A stretch of 64,000 bases of DNA from Candidatus Poribacteria bacterium (GTDB lineage: Bacteria; Poribacteria; WGA-4E; WGA-3G): contig CAXXLX010000001.1 of assembly GCA_963665235.2 (NCBI GenBank), forward strand, positions 1,088,001 through 1,152,000. The letters are read 5' to 3'. The translations under genes were made by a program, and so were the position numbers. This document shows positions 1-8,049 of this stretch, in pieces. A model generated the notes under the pieces. The model made no database searches, was not told the origin of the DNA, and was given only the letters and a program-made list of their open reading frames with translations. How positions within the stretch are numbered: the first letter of the stretch is position 1; every line of letters starts with the position of its first letter.

Positions 1-3
1 TCC

Positions 4-657
4 TTATTGAACAGTTACGGGTATCGCAGAGGCTGCCGTGAAGTCCGGATGGTCCCCATGCATGAGCTGAAATGTGATTTGTGTCTCGCCCGCCTTTCGG
101 CCGACAACCTCAAATCGCCACCGCTCTTCGTCCGCATGGTCATCCCCCTCATGGTCATCCCCCTCATGGTCATGGTCATCCCCCTCATGGTCATGGTCAT
201 CCCCCTCATGGTCATCTTCACCTTCAGGCAGATGAATATCAATAATCGCGGGGTCATAATCCGTCAAGCGCAACATGAACATTTCCACTTCATCCCCCTC
301 ATGGTCATGGTCATGGTCATGGTCGTCGTCCTCCTCTTCACTAACGGTGGTTTCCGCGCCGTCTGGGCCAAGAAAGGTGACATGCACCTCAATCTCTTCA
401 CCGACACTCACTGTGAGCTTGCCAGTTGCGGTACCCTGAAATTGGCGATACGCCTCTGCGCCGTCGACCTCTAAGACAAAGCCGTCGACATCCGCATGGA
501 ATGGTTCTTCATGATCATCATCATCAACAATAGGATTGTCAGTCTCGCCACAACCGCCAAGGAAGGGGAGCACTGCAACGAAACTCAGGAATATCAATCG
601 ACAAATAGCGACAGAAGGGCCGCCTCTAAAAAAATGCTTTAACATTATATTCTCCAA
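4..657 (-). CDS. His/Asp-rich lipoprotein, probable metal-binding protein
   Basis: Signal peptide with lipobox-like FLGGC; HEGDDHD repeats; C-terminal HGDHPDF motif. Confidence 0.75.
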   Translation of the reverse strand: MENIMLKHFFRGGPSVAICRLIFLSFVAVLPFLGGCGETDNPIVDDDDHEEPFHADVDGFVLEVDGAEAYRQFQGTATGKLTVSVGEEIEVHVTFLGPDGAETTVSEEEDDDHDHDHDHEGDEVEMFMLRLTDYDPAIIDIHLPEGEDDHEGDDHDHEGDDHDHEGDDHEGDDHADEERWRFEVVGRKAGETQITFQLMHGDHPDFTAASAIPVTVQ

Positions 658-781
658 TTAATTTTTTTAAGTAGCTGTAATAAAATAAATTCCAAATAAA
701 CACGGGTGTCTTCGGGCTTCAATTAACTATTCCCGATTGAACGTAGAAAAACCCGACAGCACCCAACCATCTATAGATGCG

Positions 782-1132
782 TTAATCAGAGAATGTAGGG
801 GGAGCACGACTACGGGGGTTAACAGTCGGTCGTAAAGGAGGGCGCGCGCCCTTATAAAGCGGCGGTTTAGACCTGCAAAAGTCAGGGGAGACAAACGTAT
901 GGGCATAAACTTCAATCCCGACGCTCTGGCTGATATAGACACACGCAGCACAGTGCTCGTCAGCATGGCAGGGGTCGGCATGTTCATGTTCATGTTCATG
1001 TTCATGTTCATGTTCATGCTCATGCATCAGCACGGCAAAACTCAGAACCCCTACATACCAAAGTATTCCTAAAAGGAGTACCGTATTGAAAAAAGTCTTA
1101 TCGTTTCCCACAAATCTAAACACGTTTTGCAA
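782..1132 (-). CDS. DUF2946-like leader protein (hydrophobic segment, poly-HE, CxxC, C-terminal RAPP)
   Basis: TM segment, (HE)n tract, HCAAC, ends RSRAPPTFSD; TTG start uncertain. Confidence 0.7.
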   Translation of the reverse strand: MQNVFRFVGNDKTFFNTVLLLGILWYVGVLSFAVLMHEHEHEHEHEHEHEHADPCHADEHCAACVYISQSVGIEVYAHTFVSPDFCRSKPPLYKGARPPLRPTVNPRSRAPPTFSD

Positions 1133-1204
1133 TAGGAGGGTGACCAGACGCGAGGTCCGCCGCTCCTTTCCTTAAAAAATGATTTTCTATTGAACGTGCT
1201 AAAT

Positions 1205-1234
1205 ATTATACCGTGACCATAGTGCAAATGTCAA
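1205..1234 (-). promoter_or_regulatory. sigma70-type promoter TTGACA-N18-TATAAT
   Basis: Perfect -35/-10 hexamers on the minus strand upstream of the leader ORF; conserved in the copy at 4993-5022. Confidence 0.7.
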
Positions 1235-1250
1235 ATAAAATTTGAATCTT

Positions 1251-1277
1251 CTGTAGGAGCGTGCTTTGCACGCGATA
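1251..1277 (+). repeat. GTAG-type REP-like palindrome
   Basis: GTAGGAGCGTGCTTTGCACGCGA; relatives at 13508-13600, 41775-42125, 53306-53366. Confidence 0.6.
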
Positions 1278-1380
1278 CCGTTCTAAAGAGACATACTTTA
1301 CACACCCGTTACCGATGGGTGTGTAAAATTTTTGTACTTAAACGTGAGTTTGAAAATAAATGTCCGTTTTCACTAATCTC

Positions 1381-2077
1381 TATAAATATATCGTCCCTAC
1401 GGGACTATGGGTTGTTGAAACATCTGCTTGTATAAATATATCGTCCCTACGGGACTATGGGTTGTTGAAACATCTACTTCTATAAATATATCGTCCCTAC
1501 GGGACTATGGGTTGTTGAAACATCTGCTTGTATAAATATATCGTCCCTACGGGACTATGGGTTGTTGAAACATCTACTTCTATAAATATATCGTCCCTAC
1601 GGGACTAGGGGTTGTTGAAACATCTGCTTCTATAAATATATCGTCCCTACGGGACTATGGGTTGTTGAAACATCTGCTTGTATAAATATATCGTCCCTAC
1701 GGGACTATGGGTTGTTGAAACATCTGCTTGTATAAATATATCGTCCCTACGGGACTATGGGTTGTTGAAACATCTGCTTGTATAAATATATCGTCCCTAC
1801 GGGACTATGGGTTGTTGAAACATCTACTTCTATAAATATATCGTCCCTACGGGACTAGGGGTTGTTGAAACATCTGCTTGTATAAATATATCGTCCCTAC
1901 GGGACTATGGGTTGTTGAAACATCTACTTCTATAAATATATCGTCCCTACGGGACTAGGGGTTGTTGAAACATCTGAAACTTCTATAAATATATCGTCCC
2001 TACGGGACTATGGGTTGTTGAAACATCTGCTTCTATAAATATATCGTCCCTACGGGACTAGGGGTTGTGGAAACATC
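1381..2077. repeat. Tandem array of 14 x ~50-bp REP-like units
   Basis: Unit TATAAATATATCGTCCCTACGGGACTATGGGTTGTTGAAACATCTRCTTS with GTCCC-TAC-GGGAC hairpin; near-identical units, no unique spacers. Confidence 0.95.
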
Positions 2078-2164
2078 GTCCTCTGTGTAATCCGCGATTC
2101 AGACAACGCCGCAAATGCAAACCCCTAAAACTGTCCAAAGTTTAGTATATAAAGGGTAGCCCGG

Positions 2165-4519
2165 TTACAAAGAGGATTCCACAATCTCCGCTTGGGTCTT
2201 ACCGAAACGGGAGGAAACCTTTACTAAATCAAGGATATTTACGCGCCCATCCATATTCACATCCCCAACGAGACCATCGCCAATTTCACCGAATTGATTG
2301 GCAACCTTCACTAAATCCAAAATATTTACCACACCATCAGCATTCACGTCTGAGGGTACAGGAGTTATCGTCGTTGTTATGGTAAGCACAGCGGTTTTCG
2401 TGCTATCCGCGTGTGATGTCGCCGTAACGTCAATCTCATAGGTGCCCGGTTTTGTAAAGAAATCTCCCGCCGCTATGAAGATAACCTCGGCAGACGCACC
2501 GGCAGCTAGCACAATCTCTAACTGGCTAACCGGCTGTTCTGACGAACTTGTAGCAATGAATGTGCCGAGCACACTGCCCTCAATGCCAGCCTCTGCGGAA
2601 GAGTCAAGCACTATCGTGTCATCAGTATTCCCAGTGTTTGTAAGGGTAAGCATATAACTCACACCCGATAGCACATCCACGGTTGACCCAGTGCGTTCGC
2701 TATCCCCTTCAAACATCACCCTGTAAATAGGAGTAACTGGCAGAAGAGTCGTTGTAGTTGTCATTTTAGCGGTCTGTGTGCTATCCCCCTGGGAAGTGGC
2801 GGTAACCCTGACCGCGTAATCGCCGGCAGTCGATAGTGCAGTCGTAGACACTGTCATCGTCACTTCTGCTGAAGCCCCGGCGGATAGTGATACAGTGAAT
2901 TGACTTAATGTAGCAGCTGCATCGCCTATTGTTGTGATATCTATCACATCCGTTGTATTGCCAGCATTTGTGATTTTGAGGGTATAGCTAATCGGTTCAC
3001 CTGCTGCCGCTATCTCTTTTGTTAGATCACCCACGCCTGCTAATGTGACTCCGTAAATAGGGAGGATAGTAGTAGTCGTTGTAATATCAGCAGTTTTTGC
3101 GGTATCGTTTTGTGGTGTTGCTGTAAGTTTGACAACATAAGTCCCCGCGGTCGATAGTGTGGGATCGGACACTGTCACTATCACCTCTGCTGAAGCCCCA
3201 CTGCCGAGTGAAACAACAGACTGACTGACGGTAGCATTAACATCGCCTGACGTTGACAGGTTGAACGTATCATCTGTGTTGCCAGTGTTTGTGATTTTGA
3301 TTGTATAGCTAACTCCTGCACTTGCGTCTTCGGTCTCTTTTGTCAGCGTTCCTACAGCTGCTAACGTAACATCCGACCACGCGATGGGACGATGTAACGC
3401 GGTCGGATGTGTCTCGATCAATTTGGCGATATGCACCTGTCCCAATGCACGTGCTAGTTGTGCGGGTGTTTGTTTGCGCTTGTTCATGAGGTTGACCTTG
3501 ATGCTCGCTTGCGCTAACAGTAGCTCCACCATTACGCGGTCAGTGCGCTGCACGGCATAATGCAGTGCAGTCATCCCGCCTACATCGTAGGCGTTAAGGG
3601 CAAGGGTGGCATCGTCTTGCAGTATTTTACTTACCGTGTCAAGCGTCCCGTGCTTGGTCTCAAAAATTAGCGGATGCTTGGGGCGACAGCCGTAGGTTTC
3701 TTCCTCAAAGACATAATTGGGGAAGAAACAGTCTTCCACAGAGATGTCTTCGTGCAAGTACTTGTAGAGCCAGATGATGCCGTTTTTGTCATCTTCACTT
3801 AGATAGAAAGGTGGAGAATTTACAAAGGAGAAATCCGCCATGATGGATGACGGCTGCCTACCCATCGTGTGGGCGAGACCACCTGTGCTTAATCCGCCTA
3901 TGCTTAATCCGCCACCAACGTAGGTGTCAGCCAAGCCAAAGGCATGCCCTAGCTCATGCATGAGAATGTAGATGAGCTCTTGATCGCCATCGACGATACC
4001 GAGTGCTTCTTGCAGGCATACCCAAGGACCGTTGCCAGGACGGATGCCCATATATACTGTGGCGATGGATAAAGATCTGTCGCCTTTGCAGGCGAAGGTG
4101 ATGCCAGCGTCTAGCTCGGGCCAAGGGCGGTCAGGAACCGCACAGTCATCCATATCTGGCTGCCGCACGAAGATAAAGTCATCGGTAAACTGCTTGTCAG
4201 GGTAGTGGTCGCGCAGCGGCTGTATCCATGCTCGCAAGGCTTTGGCAATCAGTCCCTCAAGTTCTTTGTCCTTCTGCTTGAACTCATCAGGACAGTCAGC
4301 GGTGAAATTGTAGGCAATACGCCACTGGGGTCTATGTATTCTGTCCATCAAGACAGCAAGGCTGAATTCTCCTTTGAAGAGGTCTATAAACCCCTGTGCG
4401 GTGTGGCCAGTGTAAACCCGAAACCCCTGTGCGGGGTAGGCAGTATGAAAAAATAGACTGCACACCACTACCACCATAAAAATCCGGATTGTTTTTAAGT
4501 GTTTTCGTGTCCGTTGCAT
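2165..4519 (-). CDS. Secreted multidomain protein: metzincin-like Zn-protease, ankyrin repeats, 3 Ig-like repeats, dockerin-like C-terminus
   Basis: HELGHAFGLAD plus SSIM Met-turn; GMTALHYAV and QTPAQLA ankyrin motifs; repeated ITNTGNTDD modules; DVNADGVVNILDLV x2; start set at MQRTRK (AAAGGA RBS). Confidence 0.8.
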   Translation of the reverse strand: MQRTRKHLKTIRIFMVVVVCSLFFHTAYPAQGFRVYTGHTAQGFIDLFKGEFSLAVLMDRIHRPQWRIAYNFTADCPDEFKQKDKELEGLIAKALRAWIQPLRDHYPDKQFTDDFIFVRQPDMDDCAVPDRPWPELDAGITFACKGDRSLSIATVYMGIRPGNGPWVCLQEALGIVDGDQELIYILMHELGHAFGLADTYVGGGLSIGGLSTGGLAHTMGRQPSSIMADFSFVNSPPFYLSEDDKNGIIWLYKYLHEDISVEDCFFPNYVFEEETYGCRPKHPLIFETKHGTLDTVSKILQDDATLALNAYDVGGMTALHYAVQRTDRVMVELLLAQASIKVNLMNKRKQTPAQLARALGQVHIAKLIETHPTALHRPIAWSDVTLAAVGTLTKETEDASAGVSYTIKITNTGNTDDTFNLSTSGDVNATVSQSVVSLGSGASAEVIVTVSDPTLSTAGTYVVKLTATPQNDTAKTADITTTTTILPIYGVTLAGVGDLTKEIAAAGEPISYTLKITNAGNTTDVIDITTIGDAAATLSQFTVSLSAGASAEVTMTVSTTALSTAGDYAVRVTATSQGDSTQTAKMTTTTTLLPVTPIYRVMFEGDSERTGSTVDVLSGVSYMLTLTNTGNTDDTIVLDSSAEAGIEGSVLGTFIATSSSEQPVSQLEIVLAAGASAEVIFIAAGDFFTKPGTYEIDVTATSHADSTKTAVLTITTTITPVPSDVNADGVVNILDLVKVANQFGEIGDGLVGDVNMDGRVNILDLVKVSSRFGKTQAEIVESSL

Positions 4520-4643
4520 CTTTAATATGTTATCCTTTGGTTTGATACTAATTACGCCAGAGGGTATTAACCAAATAATGATGCACAAAAATGCAGCCTC
4601 TCTGAACAGCATTACATCATCGCTATTTTAGGAATTTACGCCG

Positions 4644-4898
4644 TTACATGCAAAAGTCGGGTGAGACAAACGGAAGGACATAAACTTCAATCCCAACGCT
4701 CTGGCTGATATAGACACACGCAGCACAGTGTGCGTCAGCATGGCAGGGGTCGGCATGTTCATGTTCATGTTCATGCATCAGCACAGCAAAACTCATAACC
4801 CCTACATACCAAAGTATTCCTAAAAGGAGTACCGTATTGAAAAAAGTCTTATCGTTTCTCACAAATCCAGACACGTTTTGCAATAGGAGGGTGACCAA
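4644..4898 (-). pseudogene. Truncated second copy of the DUF2946-like leader ORF (no RAPP tail)
   Basis: Near-identical to 782-1132 up to FVSPDFC, then stop; shorter HE tract. Confidence 0.6.
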
Positions 4899-4992
4899 AC
4901 GCGAGGTTGCAATAGGAGGGTGACCAAACGCGAGGTCCGCCGCTCCTTTCCTTTAAAAGGTAAAAAATGATTTTCTATCGAACGTGCTAAAT

Positions 4993-5022
4993 ATTATACC
5001 GGGACCATAACGCAAATGTCAA
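4993..5022 (-). promoter_or_regulatory. Duplicated sigma70-type promoter TTGACA-N18-TATAAT
   Basis: Same hexamers and spacing as 1205-1234. Confidence 0.65.
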
Positions 5023-5034
5023 GTGAAAATTGAA

Positions 5035-5330
5035 AGATGTTAGCAACAAACCTCTTTTTCGGTGTTTTCCGCGTCCTCTGTGTCCTCCGCGATTCAGACA
5101 AAACACAGGCGAAATCCACCCTTCCCCTCTTCCATCCTTCCATTCTTCCATGTGCATTCTGACAAAAAAGGCACAGATGTTAGCAACAAACCTCTTTTTC
5201 GGTGTTTTCCGCGTCCTCTGTGTCCTCCGCGATTCAGACAACACAGGCGAAATCCACCCTTTCACCCTTCCCCTCTTCCATCCTTCCATCCTTCCATCCT
5301 TCCATCCTTCCATCCTTCCATCCTTCCACC
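5035..5330. repeat. Two ~140-bp direct repeats with 9-bp sub-repeats, followed by (TCCATCCT)n
   Basis: AGATGTTAGCAACAAACCTCTTTTTC...CCGCGATTCAGACAA at 5035 and 5175; related copies at 13175-13390 (inverted) and 51770-51860. Confidence 0.8.
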
Positions 5331-5475
5331 TCTCCCTGTGACAAAAACTGGACGCACCCGATAAATAATTTATCCCTTGCTATTTTTTTGTATATCGTTT
5401 ATCAAATCTTCCGCTACAAAACCCCCATGCTTTAGCTGGGGGATGTAGTAGCGGTGCATGAGTTGAAATTTTAAT

Positions 5476-5504
5476 TTGACTTTTCCTCAAAAATGGGGTA
5501 TACT
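5476..5504 (+). promoter_or_regulatory. tnpB promoter TTGACT-N17-TATACT
   Basis: Consensus-like hexamers with 17-bp spacer inside the IS left region. Confidence 0.6.
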
Positions 5505-5595
5505 CTATTTAATGCCTTAGCGGAGAATCTATAGACTTCTCCGCCCCTTTTTAGAGGCAGGAAACCGAAAACTTTTCAAGGCAGGATACCCTTAG

Positions 5596-6798
5596 ATGTA
5601 TACCACAAAATACAAACTTTTTCGTGCCCCGCGTAATCGTAATCTCAAGCGTTTAACGTGGGTGGCCCATGATGTTTGGAACTATTTTTTAGGTTGGCAG
5701 CGGACGCGCTATTCTCTTGGTCTTGCGTATATGTCGCTTCCTGAGATGTCGCGTGCCTTTACCGTCCTTAGGAACTCACATCCTGAAGTGTTTTCGCATT
5801 GGCGTGAGTTAGACTCTTGGGCGGCGCGTGATATACTGCGGCGTTTAGACACCGGGTATCAGCGTTTTTTTAAGTGTATTGCGAAGCGTCCGCCTAAGTT
5901 TCGTTCATGGCGCAAACCGTATTCATTCACAATGTCCCCCTCTGGCTATAGTTTCTATGGTGATAGGGTCCGTATAATGGAAAAACAATATCGGTTTAAT
6001 CTAAGCCGCGAGATAGTAGGTAATATTAAGACAGTCACTATCAAAGCAGATAGCGTTGGTGACTTCTATATGTGTGTTGTAACAGATGACACCGTATCTG
6101 AAATCCTACCTAAGACGGGTAGTGCTGCAGGATATGATTTCGGTATCAAAACGATGTTCACTTGTTCCGATGGCACAGAATATGAGTCTCCTGAGTTCTA
6201 TAAAACCTCTATGGCGGATTTGTCTGTGGCACAACATGCCCATGCTAAGAAAGTAAAGGGTAGCAACAACTGTGAGCGTTCCCGCTTAAATGTGGCGCGC
6301 AAACACCGTAAAATCAAGAGACAACGTGAGGATCATCATTGGAAACTCGCGAAGCGTTTTGTGCATGAACACGATGACCTCTGTTTTGAGACGTTGACTT
6401 TTGAGGGGATGAAACGGTTGTGGGGGTGTCAAGTTTCTGATATTGCGCCCTACTCGTTTCATCAAAAGTTGCAACATCAAGCGGTCAAACACGGTAAAGA
6501 GGTTCACTATATTGACCGTTTTGAACCGACTTCTAAGACTTGTAGCCACTGTGGACAGCGAAAACAGCAGCTGGACTTGTCTGTTCGTCAATGGTGTTGT
6601 TCTACTTGCCATCAGAAACACCATCGTGACGTTAACGCTGCGATAAATATTTTAAAGGTTGGGGCGTCAACCTTTGGATTAGAGGATGTCAGCCTTGCTA
6701 TTGCGAGCAGCCCTCGCAGACTTCACCCGAAGTCTATACCCCACAATCCGCACCAGAAAGCATGGGATTCACTTTCAAAAGAATCCCCCTTGCTTTAG
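5596..6798 (+). CDS. tnpB: RNA-guided endonuclease TnpB
   Basis: RuvC residues GYDFG / FETL / RDVNAA intact; CSHC...CSTC zinc ribbon. Confidence 0.92.
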   Translation: MYTTKYKLFRAPRNRNLKRLTWVAHDVWNYFLGWQRTRYSLGLAYMSLPEMSRAFTVLRNSHPEVFSHWRELDSWAARDILRRLDTGYQRFFKCIAKRPPKFRSWRKPYSFTMSPSGYSFYGDRVRIMEKQYRFNLSREIVGNIKTVTIKADSVGDFYMCVVTDDTVSEILPKTGSAAGYDFGIKTMFTCSDGTEYESPEFYKTSMADLSVAQHAHAKKVKGSNNCERSRLNVARKHRKIKRQREDHHWKLAKRFVHEHDDLCFETLTFEGMKRLWGCQVSDIAPYSFHQKLQHQAVKHGKEVHYIDRFEPTSKTCSHCGQRKQQLDLSVRQWCCSTCHQKHHRDVNAAINILKVGASTFGLEDVSLAIASSPRRLHPKSIPHNPHQKAWDSLSKESPLL

Positions 6799-6815
6799 CT
6801 GGGGGAGTATGTCAA
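6650..6815 (+). ncRNA. Predicted TnpB omegaRNA (reRNA) scaffold overlapping the tnpB 3' end
   Basis: Hairpins (AAAGGTTG..CAACCTTT; AGACTTC..GAAGTCT) ending at the right end; inferred from family knowledge, 5' boundary approximate. Confidence 0.5.
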
Positions 6816-6877
6816 TATATAAAAAGACGAGGCAGACAATCCATGCTGGTATCAAAACATAAAAGGAGTAGGCGATT

Positions 6878-7897
6878 ATGGCAGGAAAACTGAAAGTAGC
6901 AGCAGTCGGTTGCGGCGGTATTGGATATTTACACCAACAAGGATATCTCCAACACCCAGGAGCGGAATTGGTTGCGGTTTGCGATATAGATGCTGCCAAG
7001 GCAGAAGCGCGTGCAAACGAGCTCGGTGTCCCTAACTGGTATCCCTCCGTTAAAGAGATGCTCGCCAACGAGCCTTGCGACCTCGTTGACGTCGTAACAG
7101 CCGACCACTTGCACTTTGAACCCGTAATGGAATGCCTTGAAGCCGGAAAACACGTCATTTCCGAAAAACCGCTCTCCCTCTCTATCGACGAGGCGGAACA
7201 GATGGTCGCCAAAGCCGACGAGAAAGGCGTACACCTCGCAATAGATTACAATCGCAGGTTCGCACCGGGGTACGTACAGGCACGGAAATGGTTCGACGCA
7301 GGGGCTATCGGGCAAACCTATTATCTGGATATGAAGTTATCACAAGGGGGACCCGCCTCGACATGGAAAGGCGAGTACTACCTCCTATACGAATTGGAAA
7401 CTCACGCCATTGACATCCTGCGATGGTTCGGCGGTGAAATTGTCGGCGTTTGCGCAGAAATGGCAAAACCCAGAAAACATGAAGCACGCGAAGGTGAAGA
7501 CGCTTGCTATACAAGCATGGCAATCGCCGTACGATATGAGACAGAAGCCGTGGCAACCCTAATGGCAAGCTGGGATAGCGACTTCATTCATCCCATCGAA
7601 CGCTTAGAAATCTGCGGCTCCGCTGGCGAAATTGTTGTCGACAACGTCCTCAGCCGTGCAACTTTAATGAAACGCGAAAACCAGGTCGTTGAAGAATACC
7701 GACCCTCTATCTTTCGCATGGAACAACTCGCCTTCGATGGCACCTTTGCCCTCCGAATGGCCGCCCTAGTGGATGACCTGCTTGAAGACCGCCCACCTGA
7801 ACCTACAGGACGAGACGGTTTACAAGCACTGCGCGTTACAGAAGCTATCGTTCAATCATGGAAAGAAAGGCGAGAAGTCGAAGTTAAACTCGATTAA
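6878..7897 (+). CDS. Gfo/Idh/MocA family oxidoreductase
   Basis: GCGGIG Rossmann motif, SEKP motif, AGGAG RBS. Confidence 0.9.
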   Translation: MAGKLKVAAVGCGGIGYLHQQGYLQHPGAELVAVCDIDAAKAEARANELGVPNWYPSVKEMLANEPCDLVDVVTADHLHFEPVMECLEAGKHVISEKPLSLSIDEAEQMVAKADEKGVHLAIDYNRRFAPGYVQARKWFDAGAIGQTYYLDMKLSQGGPASTWKGEYYLLYELETHAIDILRWFGGEIVGVCAEMAKPRKHEAREGEDACYTSMAIAVRYETEAVATLMASWDSDFIHPIERLEICGSAGEIVVDNVLSRATLMKRENQVVEEYRPSIFRMEQLAFDGTFALRMAALVDDLLEDRPPEPTGRDGLQALRVTEAIVQSWKERREVEVKLD

Positions 7898-7907
7898 CGG
7901 CAAAAAT

Positions 7908-8039
7908 CTTAGTCCCAGTATTCGGGCAAACAGCCCGCTCTTCAAGGACGATATCTTTATAGAAAACCTATAACACCAAAACGCTTAGTCCCAGTATTCG
8001 GGCAAACAGCCCGCTCTTCAAGGACGATATCTTTATAGA
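7908..8039. repeat. Two copies of a REP variant with an expanded loop
   Basis: CTTAGTCCCAGTATTCGGGCAAACAGCCCGCTCTTCAAGGACGATATCTTTATAGA at 7908 and 7984. Confidence 0.8.
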
Positions 8040-8049
8040 GGATAAAATT

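Larger units (their letters stand above)
5403..6815 (+). mobile_element. IS200/IS605-family element, tnpB only (IS1341-like), target TTTAT
   Basis: Left-end hairpin CCCCCATGCTTTAGCTGGGGG preceded by AAAA at +16..+19 after TTAT; right end GAAT-hairpin-AGTATG-TCAA. Confidence 0.85.

Noticed and set aside
7-474. Antisense and alternative-frame ORFs over long genes throughout the window
   Set aside because: Shadow ORFs of well-supported genes with no independent evidence
1176-1194. Fur/Zur box downstream of the leader promoter (AATGATTTTCTATT)
   Set aside because: Only a partial match and not properly palindromic; cannot be supported without comparative data
1381-2077. CRISPR array
   Set aside because: Inter-repeat segments are essentially identical rather than unique spacers; no cas genes in the window
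4987-5435. Small ORFs such as MEGWKDGR and FHPSILPS
   Set aside because: Products of 8-bp and 9-bp simple repeats
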